DNA of 64,000 bases from Torpedo marmorata (Eukaryota): NCBI GenBank assembly GCA_977017645.1, contig OZ360219.1:69564001-69628000 (forward strand), given 5' to 3'. Positions within the stretch are counted from its first letter, which is position 1; each line of letters begins with the position of its first letter. Of this stretch, positions 49,700 through 61,764 are shown piece by piece. A model generated the notes under the pieces. It had not been told where the DNA came from and made no database searches. It saw only the letters and a list, made by a program, of their open reading frames with translations. Position numbers and translations under genes: made by a program.

Positions 49700-50470
49700 A
49701 AAAATATGGTGGCGCTGCTGGAGCTTGTGTAATGGTAGCGCTGCTGCTGGTGTGGACCCGGGAGAGCTGGGAGCGGAGTCACAGCGCTGCTCCGCAGGGT
49801 CCTACCTCGTGGATTTTGATGCCGACGGCCCCGCACAGGCTTTAAATGGCCTGCTGAAAGAGCCAACGGTGTTTTTTGTTTTGTTTTTTTTTAATCCTGC
49901 CACCACGGAAGTCTGTGCCCAAGATAGTGGTGCATGTGCTGGGCAGTGTAACACAAGGGGTTGCAGACTCCAGGGGAGCAGCGGAACAGTGCAGGGCACC
50001 AGAACTGGGGAGAACACCAACCCCCACCCCCCTCTGTTGAGAAGGAGAACCATAGGAGATGACCCTACATGACTGTGACCATGGCAAAGGACCAGAGAGG
50101 GGCTCAGCAGCTGAAGGACCCGGAACTGGGATTCGAAAGGGTACTGAGGTAAGAAGTGCTCCCGAATGGGCCTCGGGCACTGTATGTTTCCTGATCATAT
50201 CGGAGGTTTGGATCTGGAGCTTGGCTTGCCGATGGTTTGAACTCGAGTCTGTGCGGCAGCAGAGGCTGCAGGCGAGCTGGAGGCAAATCCACGGGAACTC
50301 CATGTCTCAAGGGATTCTATTTTGCTTCTCTTTCTCCTATTTTTAGGAACACCGGACAAGGATCATGGTGACTGTTTGTTTGCCTTACAGCAGACAAAAG
50401 TTGAAGTATATCATGTATATTACATTTTAATGTATTATTACATTACAATAAAAGGAACCTTTTGACCCTT
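49700..50470 (+). mobile_element. Probable non-autonomous retroelement with a Rex1-like tail
   Basis: GC-rich non-coding body ending ACAATAAAAGGAACCTTTTGACCCT, like the LINE tails in this window; no recognisable ORF. Confidence 0.45.
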
Positions 50471-50475
50471 AGTTA

Positions 50476-52094
50476 CTGTGCCCTCCATAATGCTTGGGAC
50501 AAAGACACTTTTTTTTCTCCTTTATTTGCCCCTGTGCTCCACAGTTTTATATTTGTAATCAAACAATTCACATGTGATTGAAGTGGACAGTCCAGATTTT
50601 ATTCAAGGTTATTTGTATACATTTTGGTTTGATCATGTAGAAATTACAGCACTTTTTATCCATAGTCCCCTCATTTCAGGGCACCACAATATTTGGGACA
50701 TAGCAATGGTTTGTATATTAGTCATGTTTAGTACTTTGTTGCATATCCCTTGCATACAATGACTGCTTGAAGTCTGTAATTCATAGACATCACCAGGTGC
50801 TGAGTATCATCTCTGGTGATGCTCTGCCAGGCCTCTACTGCAGCCATCTTCAGCTCCTGCTTGTTTCGGAGGCTTGTCCCCTTTGGTTTTCTCTTCAGCA
50901 TATGGAAGACTTGCTCAATTGGATTTAGATCGGGTGACTGACTTGGCCATTCAAGCATTTTCCAGTTTTTAGCTTTGAAAGACTCCTTTGTTGCTTTAGC
51001 AGTATGTTTGGGATCATTGTCTTGCTGTAGGATGAAGCGCCGTCCAATAAGTTTGGAAGCATTTGCTCAAACTGGAGCAGATAAGATGTTTCTATACACC
51101 TCAGAATTCATTTTGCTACTGCCATCAGCAGTTACATCATCAGTACCTGTGGCAGCATACATGCCCAGGCCATAACAACCCCACCACCATGTTTCACAGA
51201 AGAGGTGGTATGCTTTGGATTTTGGACAGTTCCTTTACGCCTCCACACTTTGCTCTTGCCATCACTCTGATACAGGTTAAGCTTGGTCTCATCTGTCCAC
51301 AAGACCTTTTTCCAGAATTCTGCAGGCTCCTTTAAATACTTCTTGGCAAACTGTAATCTGGCCATCCTGTTTCTGTGGCTCACTATTAGTTTGCATCTTG
51401 CAGTGTAGCCTCTGTATTTCTGTTTATGAAGTCTTCTGCAGACAGTAGTCATTGACACATCCACACCTGCCTCCTGAAGAGTGTTTCTGATCTGTCAGAC
51501 AGGTATTTGGGGTGTATTTCTCATTATGATGAGAATTTTCTGTCATCAGCAGTGGAGGTCTTCCTTGGCCTACCAGTCCCTTTGCGATTACTGAGCTCAC
51601 CAGTATGCTCTTTCTTCTTAATGATGTTCAAAACAGTAGTTTTTGGTAATCCTAAGGTTTGGGTGATGTCTCTTATTGTTTTATTCTTGTTTTTCAGCCT
51701 CATTATGGCTTCTTTGACTTTCATTGGCACAACTCTGGTCCTCATGTTGAAAAATGACAACTACAGTTTCCAAAGGTGATCAAAAGCTTAGAAGCAAGCC
51801 TACCCCTCCTTCTACAAGTACCAATGAAGCAATTAAACATACCTGAGTACTCACAAACACCTGTGAAGCCAAATGTCCCAAACATTATGGTGCCCTGAAA
51901 TGAGGGAACTATGTATAAAAAGTGCTGTAATCTCTACATGGTCAAACCAAAATGTATACAAATAACCTTGAATAAAATCTGGAATGTGCACTTTAATCAC
52001 ATGTGAATTGTTTGATTACACATTTAAAACTGTGGAGCACAGGGGCAAATGAAGGAAAAAAGTGTCTTTGTCCCAAACATTATGGAGAGCACTG
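50476..52094 (-). mobile_element. Tc1-family DNA transposon with long (~225 bp) IR/DR-type TIRs, defective
   Basis: TA flanks at 50474-50475 and 52095-52096. TIRs at ~50476-50700 and ~51875-52094 with TTGGGACA at outer and inner ends. Transposase fragments GRPRK, WTDETK, QQDNDPKH, WPSQSPDLNPIE. Confidence 0.93.
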
Positions 52095-52679
52095 TACTTG
52101 CTTGTTGGTTGCCACGTCCATTGAAATGACATACAGAAAAGTCAATATGAACACACTAATCTTCAGATAATAATTTCATAGTGTAACTTCCAACCTACAG
52201 TATTATGCAAGAATTGGTTTAAAAAGAGAGACATTTTATGTTAATCTTGTTAAAATTGGTGAACTCTTCAAAAAGAACACTGAATTTGTGGGAAAAATGG
52301 ATGCACCTATATAAGGTGCAAAATAAATAAAAGTATTGTTCAATAATATTATAATTTTACTGACACAGGTCCACAATGTAATGCAAATTATGTAAGACAA
52401 TAATTTCTTTAAATTATGAAATTCTCTGTGCATATTGGAGCATTTGAAGTGAATAAACAAGGTTACTTTAGATGAACTTTTAAGCTTAACCTTGTCATGC
52501 TGGGAATTGAATATCTCTCATATTAAAGGGTGAATAGAGTTCTGAAAAGTCTCACAGAAGAGTCTCACACATTCAAAAACACAAACATTGAGGCAGAAAC
52601 CATGCTTAGATCAGGGAAAACGTCATAAACTGAATCAGTTGCACTGTGTTTCCAAAGAGATGGGTGAGAATGTAGAGCA

Positions 52680-52925
52680 AAAAGTAATCTGGAGGAACTC
52701 ATCGAAATGAACAGCATCTCTGGGAGGAAATGAATTGTCGATGTTTTGTGTTGAAACCCTTTATCAAGACTTGGCTCAGTCTTGTTGAAGGGTTTTGACC
52801 CAAGACATCTTCTTTTCCTTTACCACCCCCCCCCCCCCCACCCACCCACCCACCCAGAAATGTTCAACCCGCTGAGTTCCTTCAGCAGTTCCTTTTTGCT
52901 CATAGATTCCAGCATGTACAGAATC
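52680..52925. repeat. Inverted pair of Penelope-type tails (imperfect palindrome)
   Basis: CTGGAGGAACTCA...ACCCTTTATCAAGACT then AGTCTTGTTGAAGGGT...TGAGTTCCTTCAG, centred near 52775. Confidence 0.55.
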
Positions 52926-54616
52926 TTTTGTGCAAACAAGAAAATCTGCGTATGCTGGGGTCTAGTGCAATACACAAAAGTGCTGAAGAAATTCAGCAGG
53001 ACACGCGGAAACCATAGGAAGTAAATGGCATGTACGCTGCGTGACCTCCAGGAGTTTTGTGAATTGCAATGTCTTTTGTCTCATTTACTACCCTTTTCTT
53101 GAAAAATAAGGAAAGTGGTCACTGTGCTTATAGTTGCACAAAAATGGCTTCAGAGATCAAAATTATCAGGAATAAGTGGCCTTGTGTTTTATACCAAATA
53201 TGTAAAATATAAGTGACCTTGTGTTTTATCTGGAAAATTGAGCATCACTTGTTTTAATCACTGCACCCTTGTGATTATGCCCACTCTGAGGGCTCTCAAA
53301 TTCTGATTTCACACCCAAAACCATGCTGCCTCTCTGCATTTTTAAGACCTTGTTCAAATATTTTTGTTATTTTAGTGCATTTTTGTGGGTTTTTTTTGCA
53401 TTTGATAATACTTCTCTGCAGAGCCTTGGAATGTTTGGCTAAGTCAAAAGCACAAATTAAATGCAAGATTTTGTGTTCTGCCTTTACAAGCCCAAAAGTT
53501 TTTGTCATAGTTAATTTATGCATTTGTTCTTCTGACAGAATAATTTGGTAGATAGTCCATTTAGTTTAAAGAGAGATAAAGAAGTGAAAGACATCACTCA
53601 CTCTAAACTCCATTATATTGTATGTGGATTCTAAGAAAAGGCAGCATGGCTAAAAATATAAAGTTTGCCAGGTTCAAGGGAGAGGTAGATTTTCAATCAA
53701 GGTCCACGATGAACTTTGTCCTTTCTGTGGTACATTTTAGACTTTCATATTTCATTCTAAGCAGCTCTGCAGGGACATTAATCTCTGCAATAAACTTGCC
53801 ATTTTTAGACTTTATATTGGCAAGTCTACCACTGTCCTTTGGCCTGAGGAGCTAAATTTACTGTTTGACAACACTCCCATATTAGTAATTGTGAGTACCA
53901 ACAATTTTTTTTCACAACAGATGGACATCCCAGGATTTTTGGCATGTTCCAAATGTGGACATCTGCAACATATAAAGGCTTATGTTCCCTAGGTGTGTTG
54001 TTGAAGATCGGGAGAAATTGAGAGAACTTGAATTTAGAGATTTTTGTTTTATTTGGATGTGTTGTATGCTGCCAAAAATGGTGAAATTGAATCTGGAAGT
54101 GCAAAAACTTTGGGGGAAAATAGTTAAACTAAAAAGTTAAACTTTAGAGGAAATGAACCGCATGATACAAGATAAAAAATTATTTTTGTATCTGTGAAGA
54201 AAGTATTAATGCATAAAAACTAAGACAGATGAATATCTTTTTAAGTCACAGTTGATTTTAAAAGCAAAGAAAAATAGATGGATTTTTAATCTGGCTTCCA
54301 AGACTACTCTTGTGACTGCAGAATATATATCATATAATAACACAGATTTTGTAGATATTGGTAAAGGAATTTGTTCACCTTGCACTCAATTTTGATCTGA
54401 TTCACTGTCTGACTAAGCACAGAACAATTTTTGATACGTAAATCAAAAAAGTGAGTTTCTTCGACTAATCAGATTAAGGAAAGTTCAATCATGCATGCTG
54501 AGTCTTAACTGAATTAAAATAATGTAGTGAGGCATAATAATGATCATGAAATGCAGATGAGCTTAAGAAAAATGAAATAGGAAATTACTTTTTTTCATCT
54601 CCAATACCAACATCTG

Positions 54617-54845
54617 ATTAGCGTAGTGGTTAGCGCAACGCTTTTACAGCGCCAGCAATTGGGACTGGGGTTTGAATCCCGCACTGTCTGTAAGGAGTTT
54701 GTACGTTCTCCCCGTGTCTGCATGGGTTTCCTCTGGGGCTCCAGTTTCCTCCCACCGTTCCGGGGGTTGTAGGTTAATTGAGTGTAATTGGGTGGCACAG
54801 GCTCATGCTGTATGTCTAAAAAAAAATTAAAATTAAATGTAAATA
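54617..54845 (+). mobile_element. tRNA-derived SINE (HE1/V-SINE-like), internally deleted
   Basis: TTAGCGTAGTGGTTAGCGCAACGC head, TTTGTACGTTCTCCCCGTG body, TGTATGTCTAAAA tail. Confidence 0.85.
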
Positions 54846-55409
54846 AATTTAATTTTAATTTAGAGTCAGCAGAATTGTTAGATTGTAATTGCTGATAAAA
54901 AGGTATTTACTCCAAAGAAAACCAATCAGAATTTTATATAACATCTTTAATTTATAACTGGTGAGCAAGAACTCAACTTCACACCATTGCATCTCAAATC
55001 CATCAGTGACAATTATAACAGCACACTTTGTAAAGGTATATGCCACTTCTGGGCTTAGAAATCTCTGGGCTTTGACCCTTAAATACAAATGTTAGAAACT
55101 TAAGTTTATTTTTTTCCCCGAAAGTCACTGATGGGTTCTCCAATATTTTCCACATTGTTCTTAATCATTGCATGTTTTTCCAAAAGTATAGCCCAAATTA
55201 GGTAACTGGGCCATGGAAGGTCTAAAATAATGAATCCACAGGGTTTCAAGGTCATGCCCAGTGTCCAGTGAGATTTCCAAACATCTTATTACTTTTTATA
55301 CGCTTACTGGGAGGACTGCACATGTTTATATTCTACCAATAAAATTATATTGTGAAATAAAGTTCTTGTTTTCGGTACGCTGTAAAAATTAAAGATTGGA
55401 TCAAAGTAG

Positions 55410-55682
55410 TAAAGTTCAAGTTTATTATCATCTGACTGTACATATACAACCATACGAAACAGCGTTTCTCCAGTCCACGGTGCACACACATACACACACA
55501 ATACACAGCACCTAATAATCACATATGTACATTAAGATCTAACATAAAATAAATATAAATATTTTGGAATAATGTACTCATTTACAGGATACCGTTCATC
55601 AATCTCACAGCCCGCGGGAAGAAGCTATTTCCCAGCTTGGCAGTCCTTATTTTGATGCTCCTATACCTCCTTCATGATGGTT
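55410..55682 (-). mobile_element. Rex1-like LINE 3' end
   Basis: Minus-strand SYFPRAVRL-type terminus and tail gatgataataaacttgaactt, like 7040-7073. Confidence 0.7.
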
Positions 55683-55869
55683 GAATCTTCCAGCAATGTC
55701 CACAATTAGAGGAAAAATGTGTTCCTGCTGAGTTCTTTGAGTTCCTGCCATTTTTAAAGTTTCTTCAGCAGCATAAATCCCTTCCCCAAAACAACAAAGG
55801 GGCCTATCAAGGGAGCAAAACCTCCCTCCTTCTGCATCACATTTGCTCCCAGGACGAAGTTTTCCATGC

Positions 55870-57682
55870 CAAATCATCAGAGATGTCCTCCTTCAAAAAA
55901 ATGTGGCTTCCCCTCTAGTACAATGAACTCAGCCCTCACCTGCATATCCTTGATTACCCGCACATCTGCCCTGGTTCCCCCCCGTCCCCACACACAACAA
56001 GGACAGGATTCACTTGTCCTCACCTACAACCCCACCAGCCTCCACATCCAACATATCATCCTCCGCTATTTCTGCCACCTAATACGTGATCTCACCACCA
56101 GACACATCTTCCCATCTTCGCCATCTGCTTGAACCACTCCATGACTCCTTCATCCACTCTACCCTTCCCACCAATCACTCCCTTGGCACTTACCCCTGTG
56201 TTGTGTACAAGAATAAGTTCGATGGATTCAAAGAGAATCAAGGCTGGCACGTGTTATGAATAGTGGTCTTTATTTACACAGGGGAATTCACAAAAAGGGC
56301 ACTCACTGACAGATCAGCATACACAGCACACAGGCACGGTATACCAAGAAACGAGGGTTCAACTTCTTCAGCACCCACCACCCATAGGCACAGTATACCG
56401 AAAAACGAGGGTTTAATTCTTCGGCACCCACCACCCACAGGCATGGTATACTGTGTAACTAAATGAGTACATACACATAAACCTGATCTCCAGCGACACC
56501 GCTGCTCGGGATCCGGGACAGGCCCATTGCATCGGCCCTCCAGAGCTGCCCGTGGCTCGCAGCCTGGAGTTCAGCAATGGTCACAACTAGCGAACACATA
56601 CACAGCAATAATACACAAATAACTACACATCGGATGCGAATAAATCACTGCTAAACATTGTCAACTCTCAATTGGGAATGCGAGGATTAAACACACAGTA
56701 CCCACAAAATCTCTCTATCTCTAGTAGGCACAGCACACTAACAAACAGTAAATGAATTACAACTAACAAGTATATCAAATGAACCTGGTCTCTAGCATTG
56801 CCCAAGCTCAGCATCAAGGATGGGCCCATTGCATTCAGCACTCTGGAGTTGCCTGTGGTCTGCAGCCTGGAATTCAGTGATGGTCTCCATGCAACAGCAA
56901 GAACAAAGAGAGAGAGGGAGAGAGACTGCACGTGCTCAGCTTTTTCAATGCAGGACCCGCCCACGTTACCTGCGAAGTCCAATCATGCGTCAGCCTCACC
57001 TGTGGGCAGATCTAACCATTGATTGGCACCTGGAGGACCAATCACACTTCAGCTGCCAGGGCCAATCACGCTTCAGCCTCACAGGTGGACAGATCTAACC
57101 CTTGATTGGCAAGTGAGGTGACTAGGCTCCAACTAGAGAGGTTGCATTATCCTCCACACTCCCACCAGTTTCCAGACGGAGAGGCCACATGACCCAATCC
57201 ACACTACACCCTGTGACTACACTTGCGCCCACACCTCCCTCACCACCATTCGGGGTTCCAAACAGTCCTTCCAAGTGAAGCAACACTTCACTCGTGAATC
57301 TGCAAGGGTCATCTATTGCATTTTGTGCTCCCGTTGTGGTTTCCTCTACATCGGAAAAACTGGACGCAGACTGGGGAATCACTTCGTTGAGCATCTTTGC
57401 TCTGTCCTCCACAATAGCAGGGATCTCCCAGTGGCCACCCATCTCAATTCCCCGCCCCATTCCCATGCCCACATCTCTGTCCATGATATTGTGCACTTCC
57501 AGACTGAGACCACATGCAAATCGAAGGAACAACACCTCATATTCCGTCTGGGTACCCTTCAACTAGATGGCATTAACATCAACGTCTCCAGCTTCCGTAC
57601 CCACACACCTCCCCCCCCCCGTCTCTCTCTTTCCTTATTCCTATGTCTCCTTTCCTCTAGCTCTCTCTCTCTCTCTCTCTTG
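55870..57682 (+). mobile_element. Penelope-like element fragment (GIY-YIG endonuclease) interrupted by a solo LTR
   Basis: LVLTYNPT upstream; downstream VIYCILCSRCGFLYIGKTGRRL...EH...PVATH...EQHLIFRLGTLQ..GIN at 57275-57600. Confidence 0.88.
56199..57208 (-). mobile_element. Solo LTR, ~1010 bp, 5-bp TSD
   Basis: Termini TGTTGTGT...ACACTACA. TSD CCCTG at 56194-56198 and 57209-57213. Multiple CCAAT boxes at 56980-57110 and minus-strand AATAAA near 56270. Confidence 0.85.
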
Positions 57683-58114
57683 AAATGTTAACAATAATTC
57701 AAAACTACAATAATGTAAAATAAGTAGACAATTTACTTATCTTCTGTGGCACAAGCCTTTCAACTGAATCGAGATGTGGTTCTTACTGCCTACCAGCCTT
57801 GAAGTAATGCTGGGACCAGTTCCTCTTCTCAGCTCTTCTCAATGTTCTGCTGTTGGACTCAATGCTAAATCCAGCAGTGGATGGGAAGATTAGATACTTC
57901 CATGACCCAGATTTAAAGGTAAGAGTAATTTCTTGAATGGGACTCACAACCCAGGTCTCCAAATGGAGTTTTAGTGGTACCCAATCTATCATTGCAAAGC
58001 AACTCAATGACAAACACTTATCCAAACAGATCTCAGTTAACCAGAATACCATTACGCTCATATAAGGATTAAATGGTGAAACTTTGCACCATAACCAGAA
58101 TGCTCCCTTGATTA

Positions 58115-59684
58115 AAAACACAAAAATGCTGGAGGAACTCAGCAGGTCTCACAGCGTCCATAGGAAGTAAAGATATATAACCAATGTTTCGGGGCTGAGT
58201 CCTTCATCAAGGTATGAGCAAAAAGCAGGCAGGTGTCTGAATAAAAAGACTGGGGGAGGAGGAGCACAGGCCAACAGGCAAAAGGTGATAATCGTATATG
58301 GATAGGAGGACAGGAGAGGAAAGGTGAGATTGATCAGGAGAGGGTTGTGGCTCTGTGAATGCAGAGCTGGAGGAAAGGAGACAGAAAGGGAAAGAGAGAG
58401 AGAGACAGAGAGAGAGAGCTAGAGGAAAGGAGACATAGGAATAGGGAAAGAGAGAGACGGGGGGGTGGTGTGTGTACGGAAGCTGGAGAAGTTGATGTTA
58501 ATGCCATCTAGTTGGAGGGTACCCAGACGGAATATAAGGTATTGTTTCTTCAATTTGCGTGTTGTCTCAGTCTGGAAGTGCACAATATCATGGACAGAGA
58601 CGTCGGCATGGGAATGGGGCGGGGAATTGAGATGGGTGGCCACTGGGAGATCCCTGCTATTGTGGAGGACAGAGCAAAGGTGCTCAATGAAGCGATTCCC
58701 CAGTCTGCGTCTAGTCTTTCCGATGTAGAGGAAACCACAACGGAAGCACAAAATGCAATAGATAACCCTTGCAGATTCACGAGTGAAGTGCTGCTTCACT
58801 TGAAAGGACTGTTTGGAATCCCGAATGGTGGTGAGGGAGGTGTGGGCGCAAGTGTAGTCACAGGGTGTAGTGTGGATTGTGGAGGGTCATGTGGCCTCTC
58901 TGTCTGGAAACTGGTGGGAGTGTGGATTGTGCAGGATAAAGCAACCTCTCTAGTTGGAGCCTAGTTGGAAGTCACCTCACTTGCCAATCAAGGGTTAGAT
59001 CTGTCCACTTGTGAGGCTGAAGCATGATTGGCCCTGACAGCTGAAGTGTGTTGGTCCTCCAGGTGCCAATCAATGGTTAGATCTGCCCACAGGTGAGGCT
59101 GATGCACGATTGGTCCTCGCAGGTAACGTGGATGGGTCCTGCATTGAAAAAGCTGAGCACGTGCAGTCTCTCTCCCTCTCTCTCTATGTTCTTGCTGCTG
59201 CATGGAGACCATCACTGAACTCCAGGCTGCAGACCACAGGCAGCTCCAGAGGGCTGAATGCAATGGGCCCATCCTGGATCCCGAGTCTTGGACAATGCTG
59301 GAGACCAGGTTCATTTGATCTACTTGTTAGTTGTAATTCATTTACTGTTTGTTAGTGTGCTGTGCCTGCTAGAGATAGAGAGATTTTGTGGGTACTGTGT
59401 GTTTAATCTTCGCGTTCCCAATCGAGAGTTGACAATGTTTAGCAGTGATTTATTGGCACCTGATGTGTAGTTATTTGTGTATTATTGCTGTGTATGTGTT
59501 CGCTAGTTGTGACCATTGCTGAACTCCAGGCTGCGAGCCATGGGCAGCTCTGGAGGGCCGATGTAATGGGCCGGTCCCAGATCCCGAGCAGCGGCATCAC
59601 TGGAGATCAGGTTTATGTGTATGTACTAGTTTAGTTACGCGGTATACCATGCCTGTGGGTGGTGGGTGCTGAAGAAGTTAAACC
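58115..59684 (-). repeat. Inverted duplicate of the LTR-Penelope composite plus a Penelope 3' tail
   Basis: 58395-59684 is the reverse complement of ~56410-57682, with the same LTR/CCCTG junction at 58861-58866. 58115-58395 is a Penelope tail absent from the left arm. Confidence 0.92.
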
Positions 59685-59689
59685 TGACA

Positions 59690-59900
59690 TTGAAGCATAA
59701 TCATTATTAAATTCAGAAATATAAAGGTTAGAATAGAATTCTCTAAAAGTTTCATTTATTTTAAAATAATCTGTCGTCATTTTACTGTCTCTCATCCGAA
59801 TCTTATTTATTAATTTTTAGCAGAAATTCCTTTTAATTGTCCAGCCAGTAATTTACTAGATTTTTCTCCATGAATGTAAAAAACACCTCTGCTTCTTAGC
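59690..59900 (-). mobile_element. L1 ORF2 internal fragment
   Basis: LLRSRGVFYIHGEKSSKLLAGQLK, homologous to FYVHGDKAGKLLASQI at ~17600. Confidence 0.75.
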
Positions 59901-60204
59901 AATGTTAATGTTTGAGGTCGAGACCCTGCATCAGGACTGTGTTCTTTTCCCCCGCAGATGCTTCTCAACCCATTAATTTTGTTTTGCACCCCGGGTTCCA
60001 ACATCTGCAGTCTCCTGTGTCTCCAACTTCTCCTTTGAATCCACTTGCTTTATTCAGATTAAAAGTTTAGCTATGGAAACGCGTATGATCCTTGGCTACA
60101 CCTGTCCCTGTTTTGTTGCATCCTGCGCACATACAGAACTTAACAGTTTTACTACTTTAGCTGCCAATTTCAAACTTGCTCTCTCATTTATGTGGTCCCT
60201 CTCT

Positions 60205-60380
60205 GACACTTCTCTGATTCCATCTCTGGAGATAGACAAGCTACTAACATCTTTTACAAGTCTATAGACTCCCACAGTTATCATGACTATACATCCTCTC
60301 ACCCTACCTCCCGTAAGGAATCTATTCCTTTATAACAGTTCCTTCATCTCCACTGCAGTTGTTCCAATGATAAGGCTTTG
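60205..60380 (+). mobile_element. Penelope RT-thumb fragment
   Basis: Reads Y(K)S.DSHSY.DYTSSHP.S.KESIP..QFL.L...CS. Confidence 0.6.
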
Positions 60381-60935
60381 AATTGAATTGAATTGAATTA
60401 GTTATTATGATTTGTACTGAAATACATTGAAAAACTTTGTTTGCCTACTGTCCAGTCAAGACAACATATTCTTGAGTACAGCAGGTAGCGCAAAATGAAA
60501 AAGAAGTGCAGAGAATAGAGCTTCAGAGAAAAAGTTCCTGAAAACAGAGCAAGGGCATCGTCATTTTACTAATGAGTAATTTTACTAATGAGTATCTATT
60601 AAAAAGAATCTAAGGGTTGTAGGTGACATCATGTATGTACTCTGACTATAAATCTGAAATCTGAATCTATTCAAAAGGCTGAATACAGTGGGGAGGAAAC
60701 TGTCCTTGAATCTGTTGCTGCATGATTTCAAACCCATACATCTTCTGCACAACAGGAGGAGGGAGGTGACTGGGGTGAGTTGACTCTTAATATTTTGGCT
60801 ACTTTCCTGAGGCAGCAGGAAATGGTGTCGATGAGGGGAGATTAATTTGTGTGATTGCCTGAATTGTGTTCACAACTCTGCAATCGCTTGTGATCCTGGG
60901 CAGAGCAGTTCCCGCACCAAACTGTGATACATCCA
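60380..60935 (-). mobile_element. Decayed Rex1-like LINE 3' end
   Basis: (AATTG)n tail at 60380-60400; minus-strand RFKDSFLPTV-like terminus at ~60690-60720. Confidence 0.55.
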
Positions 60936-60944
60936 AAGCCGGCA

Positions 60945-61062
60945 TTTTCTCATACTTTGAAGAAGGGCTCTAGCCTGAAACGTCGGTTATGTATTTCTAC
61001 CTTTGCTACATAAAAGACACTGTTTGACCTGCTGAGTTCTCCAGCTTTTGTGGTTTTTACTC
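60945..61062 (+). mobile_element. Penelope-type tail with hammerhead-like core
   Basis: TTGAAGA-AGGGCTCTAGCCT-GAAACGTC at ~60957-60984, then GACCTGCTGAGTT.CTCCAGC. Confidence 0.7.
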
Positions 61063-61154
61063 CAAACAGGATACTTTCTGTGGCGCACCTATAAAACTCA
61101 GAGACATTGGAGATATGCTGAATTTCTTTTGGGTGATTGGACCAGGACCGATAG

Positions 61155-61764
61155 CACTGGACAACAAAAATTTTGCTTCCAAACACTTTTGGGTGTATTT
61201 TATGGATTTTGGGCTGCTGATCATGAAAATCACCTTTAAAAATTTCCTATCACATACCGTTTTTTAGATATGACCTATTTTTGTGATTTCCTGTCATATT
61301 TTAAGTCTACTTCAAGCATTAAAAACCATGAAGTGCAACATGTCATTGAAAATTTATTTTCTGCTTTTGCACTTGGACTTCTTCCCTGCTGATCTTGGTG
61401 CAGTCAGTGACGAACATGGTGAAAGGTTTCACCAGGACATTGCAACCATGGAAAAACAGTATCAGGGCAACTGGAATCCATCAATGCTGGCCGACTATTG
61501 TTGGACACTGACACGAGAGGCATCAGATGCGAAGTACAAACCAAAATCAGCGGCAAAACATTTTTAGGTCAGTTGAACTAACTGGCAATGTGTCAGCATC
61601 ATTATGCGATTAAACATGCTAAATTCAATAAGTTCATTTAATGTCTCTCTAACTTCCTATGTGATAGAGAAAATCTGAAATTATCTGTTTATCTTGAAGT
61701 TGTCTATCATAATACCCATTTTTTTTTTCAGGAAGCAAACCTTTTGGAAAAAATGTGTCCAGTG
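61155..61764 (+). mobile_element. Internally deleted TIR DNA transposon with transposase C-terminus (HGERFHQD family)
   Basis: Ends CACTGGACA..TTTGCTTCC / GGAAGCAAA..TGTCCAGTG. ORF 61283-61567 HLDFFPADLGAVSDEHGERFHQDI..MEK.YQG.W...MLADYCW is a motif I recognise from transposon-associated proteins; superfamily (probably a Tc1/mariner relative) not certain. Confidence 0.7.

Noticed and set aside
52100-55400. AT-rich unique region as the last exon or 3' UTR of FGF5, the upstream neighbour of CFAP299 in mammals
   Set aside because: No FGF coding motifs found by eye; synteny alone is insufficient.
57780-57925. Exon-like segment with AAG|GTAAGA in the inverted-repeat spacer
   Set aside because: No clear acceptor or recognisable peptide; a single donor-like motif is expected by chance.
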